From positions 60,078,001 through 60,142,000 of the forward strand of contig OZ024746.1 in assembly GCA_964016885.1 (NCBI GenBank): a stretch of 64,000 nucleotides of DNA, in the 5' to 3' direction. Positions 1 through 13,289 of this stretch are shown here, one piece after another; position 1 is the first letter of the stretch, and every line of letters starts with the position of its first letter. This stretch comes from Eledone cirrhosa (taxonomy: Eukaryota). The position numbers were made by a program, and so were the translations under genes. Under the pieces are notes generated by a model. It was not told the DNA's origin. It saw only the letters and a list, made by a program, of their open reading frames with translations, and searched no databases.

Positions 1-113
1 CGATAGATACAGTGAGAAAAGGGGATCAAATCTGTCTTTTGGATGCTACAAATTTACTTTATGTATGTTATATATATAATGTTCAACAATGGAAAAAATG
101 TCTCTATGTTTGG

Positions 114-177
<64 letters not shown>

Positions 178-282
178 ATACACTTCATATTATTGTATCC
201 TCTTGTTTGTTCATTCCGTGTTTCCTTGACTTATATATATATATATATATATATACATTCATATATATATATATATATATAT

Positions 283-459
283 GTCTGAGGGCTGTCTCAA
301 GCCTGGAGGCTCATCAAGCCAGTGCTTATCCTGGTTTCCATGGCGTTAAGTGACTGAGAGTACAATACTCCCCCCTGTACAGGACGCCAGTCCATTGCAG
401 GGTTAAACTCCTATCTATTGCTGGTACTCATTTTCAGGTCAGTATACTGGAGCAACATG

Positions 460-460
<1 letters not shown>
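283..460 (-). mobile_element. tRNA-SINE body fragment between (TA)n arrays
   Basis: Ends in 'ctggagcaacatga', the reverse complement of the CORE-like SINE body seen at 22900-22930; no head present. Confidence 0.5.
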
Positions 461-490
<30 letters not shown>

Positions 491-491
491 A

Positions 492-1410
492 AAGTACAGT
501 AGCTAGAGTCAGAACTGGATGGAAAAAGTTCAGAGAGCTTATACCACTATTAGCCACTAAAGGGTTCTCCCTAAAAATGAAAGGCAGGTTGTATGATGCC
601 TGCATACGAACAGCAATGCTGCATGGCAGTGAGACCTGGGCATTGTGTGCAGAGGATATACGTAGACTAGAGAGGAACGAAGCTTGCATGCTCCGCTGGA
701 TGTGTAATAGTAACATACGTGAACGGCAAAGCATAAGCGAACTAAGGAAAAAATTAGAAATAAGAGGGATCAGATGTTGTTTACTCGAGAGAAGGCTACG
801 CTGGTATGGTCACGTGATGCGCATGAAAGACGACAGCTGTATAACAAAGTGCAGGGCAATAAAGATAGACGGTAGCTACGGAGTAGGCAGATCCAGAAAA
901 ACCTGGGACAAGCTGATAAATTCCGACCTCACACACTTACACCTCTCCAAGACAATGTCACTGGACCGAGACCTTTGGCGGTACTCAGTAATAGAGAAAA
1001 CCCGCCTTACCTAAATACAAAGTAAAACCTACTACAGTCAGTAGGCATCTCTAACAAAATACACCCCCGTCCCACCTCCCCCATCCCATCCACACCGCCC
1101 CTTTCAATGTAAAGTTATGTTGGTGCCACAACATCCAGGCCGAAACAAATGAGATCGTGTAGGTGTCACGACAAAAAAAAACACACAGTCCACGCTGTAA
1201 TGTGGCCGTGTAGGCAACATGGTAAAAACCTCCCAGCCCCACACTGTAAATGTGGTTGGTGTTAGGAAGGGCATCCAGCTGTAGAAAACCCGTCAGACTG
1301 TCCTATGCGAGCAAGACAATCACTCTTGCCTCAAGTGGGAAAACCCCCGTCCAAACCCATGCAAGCGTGGAACACGGACGTTAAACGATGATGATGATGA
1401 TGATGATGAT
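492..1410 (+). mobile_element. RTE-clade LINE, 5'-truncated (ORF C-terminus, 3'UTR, (GAT)n tail)
   Basis: Translation GWKKFREL..KGRLYDACIRTAMLHGSETW..MLRWM..RRLRWYGHVMR..GRSRKTW; stop at 1014; 3'UTR ends ggacgttaaac(gat)n. Confidence 0.93.
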
Positions 1411-1430
1411 ATATATATATATATACATAC

Positions 1431-1857
1431 AGTGTGTAGGAAAGGAGTAGGTAGAAACTCCATTTTATGTCCCAAATGCAAAGTATGGGTACATAAAAGA
1501 TGTAGTGGGATCACAGGTAAGCTAACTAAGAATATAGATTTTATATGTGGCCGGTGCTCTGGTGCAATAAGTAGCAGCAAGTGCCCACAGAATACTAACT
1601 CATTCCATTGCACAGATGGTTCTATAGAAATAGTGGACAGCTTCCGTTACCTGGGTGATAAAATCAGCAGTGGGGGAGGGTGCTCTGAAAGTACAGTAGC
1701 TAGAGTCAGAACGAGATGGAAAAAGTTCAGAGAGCTTATACCACTATTGGCCGCTAAAGGGTTCTCTCTAAAAATGAAAGGCAGGCTGTATGATGCCTGC
1801 ATACGAACAGCAATGTTACATGGCAGTGAGACCTGGGCATTGTGTGCAGAGGATATA
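1431..1857 (+). mobile_element. RTE LINE fragment containing PHD-like finger
   Basis: CRKGVGRNSILCPKCKVWVHKRCSG..FICGRC followed by VDSFRYLGD and WKKFREL. Confidence 0.9.
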
Positions 1858-2828
1858 TGCAATAAGTAGCAGCAAGTGCCCACAAAATACTAGCTCTTTC
1901 AATTGCGCAGAGGTTTCTATAGAAATAGTGGACAGCTTCCGTTACCTGGGTGACAAAATCAGCAGTGGGGGAGGGTGCAGTAGCTAGAGTCAGCACTGGA
2001 TGGAAAAAGTTCAGAGAGCTTATACCACTATTAGCCGCTAAAGGGTTCTCCCTAAAAATGAAAGGCAGGTTGTATGATGCCTGCATACGAACAGCAATGG
2101 GCATTGTGTGCAGAGGATATACGCAGACTGGAGAGAAACGAAGCTTGCATGCTCCGCTGGATGTGTAATAGTAATATACGTGAACGGCAAAGCATAAACG
2201 TACTAAGGGAGAAATTAGAAATAAGAGGGATCAGATGTTGTTTACTCGAGAGAAGACTACGTTGATATGGTCACGTGATGCGCATGAAAGACGACAGCTG
2301 TATAAAAAAGTGCAGGGCAATAAAAATAGACGGTAGCCACGGAGTAAGCAAACCCAGAAAAACCTGGGACGACTTGATAAATTCCGACCTCACACACTTA
2401 CACCTCTCCAAGACAATGTCACTGGACCGAGAGCTTTGGCGCTACACAGTAATAGAGAAGATCCGCCTTACCTAAGTACAAAGTGAAACCTACTACAGTC
2501 AGTAGGCACCTCTAACAAAATACACCCTCGTCCCACTACCCCCACCCCATCCACACCACCCCTTTCAATGTAAAGTTATGTTGGTACCACAGCATCCAGC
2601 CCGAAACAAATGAGGTCGTGTAGGTGTCACGACAAAAAAAACACACAGTCCACGCTGTAATGTGGCCATGTAGGTAACATAGGAAGGGCATCCAGCTGTA
2701 GAAAACCCACCAGACAGTCCTATGCGAGCAAGACAACCACTCTTGCCTCAAGTGGGAAAACTCCCGTCCAAACCCATGCAAGCGTGGAATATGGACGTTA
2801 AACGATATATGATGATGATGATGATGAT
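1858..2828 (+). mobile_element. RTE LINE 3' fragment (pseudogenised), same family as 492-1410
   Basis: Repeats 1563-1857, then continues through RRLR*YGHVMR with small deletions and an in-frame stop; 3'UTR and (GAT)n tail. Confidence 0.9.
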
Positions 2829-3869
2829 ACGTACACACATATAACACAATTCATCAATTAAACCTGGCATGGACAACCTTTTACAAGCAGTGAGCTGAAT
2901 AGGATGTGGTTCGTCATACAGCAGGCCGTGGCATTACTAGAAGATTCAAGGCAATTTTGAAATTAAGCATGCCATTCAGAGAGCCAAATGGGCCATATCC
3001 TGCTTGCAGGCCACATCTGGTTAGCAGGCCACATTTAGCCCATGACTGAATTAAACTAACATGATCTAAACCCATGCTAGCATGGAAGATAGACGTTAAA
3101 CGATGATGATGATCACATATTCGTACATACAACCACTGCCATAAACAGACACAACAGCTCAACCTCACAGGCACCCTTGAAACTATCCTAACCTCTTCAT
3201 CCAGTGTCGCCATACCTTACCTTCAACCCCACTTTCTGTAATATATATCCCATCCCAACTTCAGTTCTCAGTGTGCTACAGACAGGCACCCCACCATAGT
3301 ACAGACAACTGACCACTCCACACCATTCATATATGTATTCCTCTACTCCATATACTTCGATCACAGCTATAGGTACTACCGCACTTTTCTCATTTGATAC
3401 ATACACACAGTCATACAATCTTATGCACACACATGCATAATCACATTTACATACACAAACTAATAACCACATAAACACAAACTTATACCCACTGATAACA
3501 CCCATGAAAACACTCACACTTTCATACATAAGCATACACACAAAAACGTGTACACACATGCACATAAAATACATTAAAAAATTCAGACACATATAAACAC
3601 ACCTATACACATACTCATACATAAACATACAGACACACATGCATGCATGCATATACACACATACACACATAAAAATAAAAATCCGCAGACATACATGCAC
3701 ACTTCCATTAACAATACATAAAACACACACACATACATAAAGGAGAAATAATGCACACCCACGAAATGCGCCCCATCTGCTCACACATAACAGTATGAAT
3801 GATACACCTGGACTCTCCACCTCTACACACCAGTCTCAGAAGTGATGGAAACTGCCTCTTTTCCCCCAA

Positions 3870-4132
3870 TTAACACTTTCATTACCATATTTCTAAGGAA
3901 AGACACTACCTATGGTTTTCAACTCATTTAGAAAATAATCAAGAATTAGGAGAGATAAAGTAATATAACTAACTTTCTCATTATCAAGCTGGTGTTTCGA
4001 ATAAGACTTAACAAAGGTTCTTACACAAAATTATGATAGAAGATTTTAGATAAATATAAACCTTTTAAAACAAACAGTTTTGTATCAAAGAACCAGGCGT
4101 GGCTTCAATCAGTTTGGCATCAGAAAGATTAA
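3870..4132 (+). mobile_element. TTAA-flanked MITE family 1 (piggyBac-like, non-autonomous, ~260 bp)
   Basis: Consensus ends TTAACCCTTT...AAAGGGTTAA; related copies at about 12985-13214, 13585-13810, 38480-38892(-), 42900-43277(-), 43334-43522, 56706-56952, 61187-61640(-), 62251-62443, 63661-63889(-). Confidence 0.75.
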
Positions 4133-4257
4133 ATAAGTTAAACCATCTCATCTACAAGACTGACCTGTATTTGGAGTCAGTGAAAATAACTTGTAAACAA
4201 CTGTAACAACAGCCATTTATATTCTATACATAACTGATCAGTAGTTTTTTTCATATC

Positions 4258-4310
<53 letters not shown>

Positions 4311-4737
4311 GTGGTTGTTAGTATGGGAATAACTCTTTTGTTCTTTTTGACCCACAATTATTTTTGATATTTATTTACATCATTTTTGTGTGTGTCCTTC
4401 ATTCCACTGGCTTGAAATTTCTTTTGTTGACCTCTCTCTTTCTCTCTCTCAGGAAAAAGTGGACATAAAATGATGATGATGATGATATATATATATATAT
4501 ATATATACTCTATCTAGAAATTCGCAAAATTATGTTAATATGTGGGGGTGGGGAAGTGATAATTGAGTAATAAAGTATGTGTGTTGATATGCATGTGTGT
4601 GTGTGTTGATGTGCATGTGTGTGTATGCATGTGTTTTAAGCAGATGAATATTTTGGTACTTAAGTAGGAGGAAATGTGTGAAGTGTTTATTTGGTACTCA
4701 TTGGTGAGTGTGTATGTGCATCTGTTTGTATATATGT

Positions 4738-5240
4738 ATCTGTGTATCTGTCTGTGCCTGTGTGTAAATGTGTGTCTGTCTATCTGTGTACCTGTGTGTA
4801 AATGTGTCTGTCTGTGTATCTGTGTATCTGTCTGTACCTGTGTGTAAATGTGTGTGTCTGTCTATCTGTGTATCTGTCTGTACCTGTGTGTAAATGTGTG
4901 TGTCTGTCTATCTGTGTATCTGTCTGTGCCTGTGTGTAAATGTGTGTGTCTGTCTGCCTGTGTACCTGTGTGTAAATGTGTGTGTCTGTCTATCTGTGTA
5001 TCTGTGTATCTGTCTGTACCTGTGTGTAAATGTGTGTGTCTGTCTATCTGTGTATCTGTCTGTACCTGTGTGTAAATGTGTGTGTCTGTCTATCTGTGTA
5101 TCTGTCTGTGCCTGTGTGTAAATGTGTGTGTCTGTCTATCTGTGTATCTGTCTGTGCTTGTGTGTAAATGTGTGTGCCTGTCTATCTGTGTATCTGTCTG
5201 TACCTGTGTGTAAATGTGTGTGTCTGTCTATCTGTCTATG
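4738..5240. repeat. Minisatellite, ~46-bp unit (tgtgtgtaaatgtgtgtgtctgtctatctgtgtatctgtctgtacc), about 11 copies
   Basis: Direct tandem repetition; explains the repetitive Cys/Val ORFs. Confidence 0.9.
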
Positions 5241-5654
5241 CATCTGTGTCTATATAGTAAAATGTGTGTGTGTGTGTGTGCACGCGCGTGCATGATAAGA
5301 TGTACCTGTGCATACACAGTAAGATATGTATGTGTGTGTCTAACCATATGTTTACCACTTGACATAACAGTAAAAAGGTAAAATTCCTGTTGATATGAAA
5401 ATATAAATTTAGACTATATCTTTTCCTTCTATTTGCCTCTCTCTACTGGACTGTCTGTCTTACTGCCTATCTATATATCATCATCATCAACATCATTTAA
5501 CATCTATTTTCCATGCTTGCAGGGGTTACACAGATTGTCATGTACTGGTCAGTTAGCAATGTCTTGCACGTATGCTCCATTTTTGGCTTCATTTCCATAA
5601 TTGAATGCCATTTCCTATCTATATCACACACATATGCTCATATATATATATATA

Positions 5655-6544
5655 ATGTGGATGATATTTGTTCGCAATTTTCAACTGCTAATTTTATGCA
5701 AATTTTTTTTACTTCCGTTGTCACTCTTGTCTTCATAAAAACAGTGACTATATTTCCATTATTTATTTTCAGAATAATTGATTATGAATAATTTTGAACC
5801 TCCAAATTTGTGGAAGAGACACGGAGTTCTTCTTGCAATCCGCGCCGGGAGGACAAATAAGGAAATTTCAGAAACTCCCAGAACAACAGGTGGCTCGCTG
5901 TCTCATCCAAAGATGTGCCCAGAGTCATGCAGACAAAGTTTCCAGCGACAACATTGGTCTTAGGTGTCGTCAGCAGTCAAGGTGACGTCATGCCACTTCA
6001 CTTCTTCCCTGAGGGCCTCAAGCTGAACACCGATGGCTACATCCGCGTTCTGAACAAGGTAGTAAAGCCTTGGATCGACCAGGTAGCTACAGGTAGGCTG
6101 TACGTGTGGCAGCAAGACTCAACGCCCTGCCATACCAGCCGAAAGACCCAAGCCTGGCTGTTAGAGAACTTCGTCGACCACACTTCACCTGACATATGGC
6201 CTCCCAACTCGCCTGACTGCACCCCCCTTAACTTCTTTGTATGGGGCGCAGTGGAACGAGACACCAACAGATCTAGCTGCAATACGAAAGACGATCTGAA
6301 GGCCAGGATCACAAGTGCCTTTAGGGGCCTAAATCGGGGGACAGTGATGAAGGCCTGTAGCCGGTTCCGAGGCCGCCTTGGGGCCGTCATCAAAGCCAAT
6401 GGCAGGTTTATCGAGTGAGATCGAAATAACAAGTCATGAAGACAAACTGACCAAAGTTTGATAAATATATCTTAAAAAATAAAACTACTGTGTTATTTTT
6501 TCCTAGACAGTAATCTTGCGAACAAATATCGTCCGCACCCTGTA
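5655..6544 (+). mobile_element. Tc1/mariner maT (DD37D) transposon, internally deleted
   Basis: TIR remnants gtggatgatatttgttcgcaa (left) and ttgcgaacaaatatcgtccgcaccctg+TA (right); transposase relic inside. Confidence 0.88.
5784..6418 (+). pseudogene. DD37D transposase relic
   Basis: WQQD-x37-N spacing (WPPNSPDCTPLNF, third Asp changed to Asn); N-terminus MNNFEPP..EISE joined out of frame to NSQNNRW.. near 5872, with most of the DNA-binding region and the first Asp deleted. Confidence 0.85.
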
Positions 6545-6548
6545 TATA

Positions 6549-6630
6549 TCCCCACTCTCAAGAGCGTGAAACTAATAAACCTTTGTTTGTACTGCCTCTC
6601 TGTTTTTGTTCCCGTTCCAGTTTTCACTAT
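6549..6630 (+). mobile_element. PLE-like terminal fragment, reverse-complement relative of 20678-20755
   Basis: ccactctc..gagcgtgaaa..aataaac..gtactgcctctctgtttttgttcc matches the minus strand of 20690-20755; flanked by (TA)n. Confidence 0.55.
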
Positions 6631-6634
6631 ATAC

Positions 6635-6684
<50 letters not shown>

Positions 6685-6859
6685 CACACACACATACATA
6701 ACCATACATACATAACATACATGACATGCATGCATATATATACATACACACATGCATACATACATAACACACACACTCCAAAACATGAAAAACTTTTTAG
6801 ACTTTAGTCATGTAAAATCCAATTCATTGAGAATGTTCTGAAACATTTCATCAGTCTCA

Positions 6860-7202
6860 TCGCCACTATCACCGCAACCACAACCACCACCAACAACACC
6901 TCCCCCACTACCACCACCAACACCTCCACCACTGCCACCATCAGCACAACCTCCACCAACACCAACATCATCACCAACATAACCACTAATACAACACCAT
7001 GACCACACCATCATCACATAACTGTCTTCACCATCCTCACCACCACCAACATCATCACCAGCATTATCACCATCATCATCACTACTGTCATCATCATCAT
7101 CCAACCAACAACAACAGCAATAAGAACAACAACAACAATACTATTAATTATATTATGGCTAGCTGTTGATGATTACTAATATAATGGTGAGTTGTTTGTG
7201 GT

Positions 7203-7263
<61 letters not shown>

Positions 7264-7400
7264 TGTGGTGGTGGTAGCAGTAATGTTGGCAATTATGGTT
7301 TTTGCTATAATTATACTTATCGGTGTGTTACTGTTATTACTATTATTGTAATTATTATATCAATTACAAACAATTGTTGTTGTTGTTATAGTGTTGGGAA
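6860..7400. repeat. Trinucleotide low-complexity tract ((CAC/CAT)n, (TAG)n)
   Basis: Simple repeats. Confidence 0.9.
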
Positions 7401-8159
7401 AGGAGGAGGAGAGGGTAGACATTCCTGAAATTTCACATTCCACCACCCACCACCAACCTTACACTATCCTCAGGTGGTGGCTCCAGTGAGACCAGAACAC
7501 CAAGTTTTTCTTTGGCTGGCTATGCTTTCCACATTAATCTCTTCTAGTAACGATTGCTGCTGTTATTGTTGTATGGATGTAGGCATGGCTGAATGGTTAA
7601 GAAGTTTCTTTTGCAATTATGAAGTTCTGTGTTTGGTCTCATCATCATTATCGTCTAACATCTATCTTCTGCGCTAGCATGGGTTAGATGGGGTTGTCCC
7701 ATTACAGGCAAGTTGGGTCAGGTGACCATGTGACTGCTATGACTGGCTGGTTTTCTATGGCTGGATGCCCTTCCTAACGCAAGCCACATTTATAGTGTGT
7801 GCTGGGTACTTTTTGTTGTGACTCCTACAGTGTGGGCTTGATGTTTTGTGGTACCAAAGAAATTTGAACAAGTAACTTTTTTTTTTGTTTCTTTCACCAT
7901 TGACTCAAGTCAACTCAACCCTTATGTGTGAAATTGTGTAGATGGAAACTGTCTGGAAGTTTCTTGAATGGATTCTACTTGTAATTCAAGGGATTAACTT
8001 TGTTACATATTGTGTCAAGCTAAATCTCTCTAGCAATTACAGTAGGTGAAATAGAGACACTATAGAGTATAAAAAAAATGAAATTAACAGCTCCCACCTA
8101 TTGATAGTCAATCGACAAGATCCCAGACCACATTTGCTTAATTAATGGGGTGGAGCTCA

Positions 8160-8565
8160 TTAAATCAGACAGAGGAAACAATGTTTCCATTGGTCTTTCC
8201 AATTGCTAATACTATCTGCTGGTCGCAACTCCAGACAGAAGGAGCAACATGAAATAAAGTATCTTGCTCAAGGATATAACGCATTGCCCAGTCTGGGAAT
8301 CAAAATTACAACCTCACGATTGCGAGTCCAATTCTCTAACCACTCAGCCACATGCCTATATGCAGGTTTAACTGGCTTCTTATAACTTTGCATATCAGAG
8401 GAGGTTTCTCAAGTGTTTTAATGATAGAGGACCTAGTCCTATTATGAAAAGCAAAGTGAAATAAAGCTTCTTGCTCAAGAACACAATGTGCTACATGGTA
8501 CAGGAATTGAACCCACAGTCTTATGTTCATGAGTCTAACACTCCAACCACTAAGCCATGTGCCTT
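8160..8565 (-). mobile_element. Two degraded tRNA/CORE-type SINEs
   Basis: ataaagtatcttgctcaagg...ctaaccactcagccacatgcc and a second ...aaccactaagccatgtgcc; reverse complement of the 22797 SINE head. Confidence 0.65.
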
Positions 8566-9164
8566 CACATAGAGTAATGAGGACTCTTTAGTCTTGCAAA
8601 GCACAAAGCAACCTTACTAGTGTTGATAAAATATACTCAATACCCTTTGAAAAGTAGTTGGCAAATAAACATTGATAATTTGTCCTATAATCCATCTAGG
8701 AGTGAGGTAATTCTGATAAGAATTGACTTGGACTGTAATGACCCAACCAACCTATATCCACATGAAAAATGTATATAAAATAATGATGATGATATACACA
8801 GACAAATACACAACCACAGCCATACACACATACACATTATATATCAACACTTACCAGCAGGGAAAACAGTGTTAAATACTGATTATATGTATACACACAC
8901 ATGTACACATATACACATAAAAATACAGACACAGAGTCCCATTGACGATTCACAAAACACCACACATAGGAAACATAACATCAACAACACATACACACAC
9001 ACCTACACAATGCACTCCATCTGCACACATATAACAGCACCAATATTAGACCCAGACTCTCTGTCTCGGCTCCCACCCTCAAATGCCAGGCTACTTGCCT
9101 GCCCACTTCATACATTTTGATAAGACTTTTTGTTTTCCCAACCATTTCTTTCTCTGAACTTTGC

Positions 9165-9290
9165 TCTTTCCTGATGAAGGACTAACGTCCAATTCATTGA
9201 AACATTTATTTTCCTTTTCCAACAAGTGTGACACTAATACGCCTTTGTGTTATTATACCACTGCATTTGCCTTGCTTATCTTGAACTATA
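9165..9290 (+). mobile_element. PLE-like end with degenerate HHR core
   Basis: CTGATGA-a-ggac-taac-gtcc hairpin with GAAA displaced; same motif on the minus strand at 45155-45190; ends in (TA)n. Confidence 0.45.
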
Positions 9291-9340
9291 AATATATATA
9301 TATGTGTATGTGTGTAAGTTCTTTGATAAGTATTTTGCTC

Positions 9341-9415
9341 GGTGTCCCAAAAGACATTAGACTATTTCAAATTATTATATATAGAAAATGGTCTAGTGAC
9401 TTTTGGGACACCCTG
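9341..9415. mobile_element. ~80-bp hairpin Tc1/mariner-type MITE
   Basis: ggtgtcccaaaag...cttttgggacaccctg inverted termini. Confidence 0.65.
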
Positions 9416-9474
9416 TGTATGTATGTGTGTGTGTATACACACACACACACACACACACACATGCACATATGCAT

Positions 9475-9665
9475 ATAATTGTTTCTACTTTAGGCACAAG
9501 GCCAGCAATTACCCAGTGCATTACTGGTACTTTATTTTATCGACCCCGTAAGGATGAAAGGCAAAGTCAACCTCGGCGGGATTTGAACTCAGATCGTAAA
9601 GGGACGTAACTATGCTGGAAAGCATGGCGTCCGACTCTCTACCGATACTGCCAATCCACCGCCCT
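9475..9665 (-). mobile_element. tRNA-derived SINE with Meta-type central domain
   Basis: Minus strand gggcggtggattggcagtatcggtagag..gagttcaaatcc..ctttcatccttacggggtcgataaaataaagtacc; other copies at about 10680-10905(-), 24032-24232, 44230-44810, 49790-49950(-), 53280-54305, 61722-61903(-). Confidence 0.8.
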
Positions 9666-10153
9666 GCAGATATACATATAATGATCAACAGTGTAACAGT
9701 GCACAACATAAAAAAACCAATAGTCTGAGACAACCAAGCAAAATACTTATAAAAGAACCAAGGACTCCCACACCAATACCATTTCTTCTCTAACGTTTGC
9801 TGTAGTTTTTCCTCCACTAAATGGTATCTGATGCTCTGACAATGGTCAGCTTTGTCTTCAATATTTATGTATGGGGCAGAAGGAATTGGTAAATTGGATT
9901 GCAAGACATCTTGGAGAACAGTAGAGTGAATTGTGAAGTAGGTGGAGATGTGATGAGTATAACAACAACACATTACATCAACAACAACAATAAAATCAAT
10001 GAAAATTAATCACAAGGATGATACGCGGGGAGTAGTATTTGGTTATGTTTCATATTGGAGCATAACTACTATATGCGTGTGTGTGTGTGTGAGGGAGAGA
10101 GGGAGAGAGAACAATGGTGTGTGTGTGTCTCTCTCTTTCTCTCCCTTTCTCTC

Positions 10154-10184
<31 letters not shown>

Positions 10185-10309
10185 ACATATGTGTGTGTGT
10201 GTGTAAGAGTGCATAGGAACATACATATATGTGTATTAATAATGACATATGTGTCTGTCTGTCTGTTTTTCAATCTTTCAATCTCTGAGAATTAACTTCA
10301 CTTATGTCC

Positions 10310-10600
10310 TTACTAACAACTATCACTGTGCATCTGCCACATACAAAGTCTACCATTTCTGATAGCTTGCTATGGTCCCATTACACTTCCTGTATACACT
10401 GTATGGAATCCCTATCTACTCTTTTTCTGGATATTGAATATGGCCAAATTCCTGATAATATCAGAGTCATGTTTTCTTTCCTATTTACCAAAACTTTAGT
10501 CTTTGCTAGCTTTATTCTGAGTCCTTTTGATTCTAGATTTTGTTTCATCTGGAGTGTTCTCTCTAGCTCTAGGGGTAAAGGCATGGTCTTATCATTGAAG
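10310..10600 (-). mobile_element. Degraded RTE RT/PHD fragment
   Basis: NLESKGLRIKLAKTKVL..SGIWPYSISRKRVDRDSIQCIQ. Confidence 0.75.
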
Positions 10601-10914
10601 ACAGTATCTTTATGAATTGAGCACAATTAATAAATAGTATTTACTTTTTTAAAATTATGATTAATAATAATAATAATAATGATTTCTGATTTAGGCACAA
10701 GTCCAGAAAATTTTGGGGGGAAGGGGAAAACCGAGAAGAAGTTGATTCAATCAATCCCAGCACTTAACTTTATTTTATCAACTCCAAAAAAATGGAAGGC
10801 AAATTTGACTCCAGCAGAATTTAAAATCAGAATGTAAAGAACCGAAACAGATACTGTAAAACATTATGACAGATAGGCTCTAATGATTCTGTCAATCCAC
10901 TGCCCTTATACTGT

Positions 10915-11250
10915 GATGGAATTACCCTCTTCCCATTTGAAGGAGGTAGATCCCTCATCTGGGATGCCACATGCTGCGATACATTCTCTGCCTCCAATTT
11001 AATCGCTTTGGCCACAAACTCCAGCACTGTGGCCTGCGATGCAGAGGAGAGGTAGATAAACATTAGCGGGGATTGCCTGGCCACTTCCTCTTCACCCCAG
11101 TCGCCGTCAAGACCTCAGACATACTTGGACGCCGTACTGCCAAGCTCCTCTGCAAGATCGTGATGTCAGCAGCCCATCTGAGGTGGGGTGGCTGTTGCAG
11201 TGGGTGTCGCTGGCCATTGTCTGCGAAAATGCTTTTGTGGTCTTGTTCGC
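10915..11250 (+). pseudogene. CRE-clade non-LTR retrotransposon restriction-like endonuclease relic
   Basis: DGITLFPFEGGRSLIWDATCCDTFS..AEER; HFLFTPVAVKT; WLLQWVSLAIVCENA resemble the CRE C-terminal PDG..WD.TC.DT / P.AVET / Q.LSLA...NA motifs. Confidence 0.75.
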
Positions 11251-11552
11251 TGGGCGCAGCCCCAACACCGCCATGTCCTAGGCCTAGAGCCCATCAACCT
11301 CACCCTGACCCTCTCATTCTTCTTTGACCCTAAAGCCCTTATAGTGTTGTTGTTATTTGAAATAGATTTGTTTATATTTTTTTTTTTTTATTAATAAAAC
11401 ATTATTGTCAGGCTGAATGAGAACTAGATCTATTATTTTAACGAAACACTGGCAATAGATAATATATATTTATATTTTATCTATATTTTCCACTAATTTA
11501 TATTTTTTTTTAATTCATACTTTTTATACTTTTTTAATTTATACTTTTATCT

Positions 11553-11759
11553 AAAACTTTTAGCATTTACATTAGTCTATATTTACTATTGTATTTTCAT
11601 AATTACCTCAGATAATATCAAAGCTACAAGATTTTGATGTTATTTATTTTAAGAACAATACCATTACATTGGTATGGGTGGCCGATTACAGCCTGTTTGA
11701 ACAGAAAGAGGTTAGAGAATTCTGACTGGATATGGCCAGTTTAAATGCTAAAGGGCTAA
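11553..11759 (+). mobile_element. TTAA-flanked MITE family 2 (~210 bp, TIR CCCTTTAGCATTTA)
   Basis: Ends ..tttagcattta / taaatgctaaaggg; copies at 37773-37997 and 42941-43154(-). Confidence 0.75.
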
Positions 11760-12270
11760 TGTAGTTTGTACGTAATGCATTTTTCATAATTCATTTTTGT
11801 TCATTTACTTAACACTTTCATTATATTTTGGAGGGAATGGAAGTTATTATTGAATTTACACTGAATTGGAAGGTAAAATTAAAAAGAGAATCACTTAGCT
11901 TGACAATATGTTTATGATGTTTGGTCAAAGGTATTCCAACCTTGACCATAACATCTGGATTTTCAGACATAATTTTATCCCTGACTACATTATCAAATTT
12001 GTTATTTCCCCTTTTAATATGACTGGCTGTAATTTGAAGTTGATTTGCCTGCTATTTCTAGCATGTTAAATGATGACAGGGGTACATTGACTTATGATGA
12101 TGATGGCGACACTCATGATGTTGGTGATGATGATGAGGAGGATAACATTCATGGTGTTGATGATGTTGACTAAAAAACAAGGCAATTACTTACCAACTTT
12201 GTCTTGTTCTGAATATTGAACTGAAAGATAGCAGAAAAATGAAATTAATGTTGTTATACATCTATATATA

Positions 12271-12316
<46 letters not shown>

Positions 12317-13289
12317 TATATATAGAGACACACACACTAACAGATACTTACATATACAACATATATATACACATACACTTACACATTGAAGTACAAATTT
12401 ATATGAATTTATACTGAATGAGTATCCATACATAGAAAATTGAAATACACACACACACAAATGCATACATATACAACATATATTCATACACATACATTAT
12501 CTACTTCTCCATATAACCTCCTAAACCCTGAGGTATATATATTCAGAAAGGAAGTCTCTCTCTTTATATCTATCTTTCTCTCAGTCTAACTCCCCTCTCT
12601 CTCTCTCTCTCTCTGTCTAGCTCTCTCTCTCTAACATCCTTCTGTGGGACTCCTTCAAGATATTTCTTCACACAACTATCCACTCCCATATCTCATGCCA
12701 CACCCCTTGATATGCTCACTGCCACCACTACCACTACCCCACCAAAGGCAGGAAGGTGGTGGTGGTGGTGGTGGTGGTTGGGGTGGTTTTGTATTATCTG
12801 GTAGAGTTGAGACAGTGTGAGAGAGTCTGGCATGGGAAACTTTATCTACTGGGGTGTGTGGAAAGGGTGGCATAGCAGTGGTGGTTTTAGTGGTGATTGT
12901 TGTGGTGGTGGAGGTGGAAGAGGCAGTGATCACAGCAGTGGATGCCAGTTGGAGTGGTTATGTGTTGGTATTGGTATCAATGAAAGGCATTGCCTATAGT
13001 CTTCAAATTATTTTGAAAATAGTCAAGAATTTGGAGAGATTTATTATTAGAATTTTCTCATTATTAAGCTAGTGTTCAAAAAATAGTTTAACAAATGTTC
13101 TTACATAAGATTATGGTGGAAGATTTTAAAATAAATATAACCACTTTGAAAACAAGCAGTTTTGTATTTTTAAAGCAGAGGTGGTTTTATGCGGTTTGGT
13201 ATAAAAAGGGTTAAACATAGACATTTGATTGATAGAGGACCTATTCTCAACCCAGACTATATTTCAACTGTGTTGTAAAAGTATCAACT

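Noticed and set aside
2862-3048. hAT-like MITE
   Set aside because: Termini only weakly complementary and no 8-bp TSD visible
5915-6418. Functional transposase gene
   Set aside because: DNA-binding region and first catalytic Asp deleted; third Asp changed to Asn
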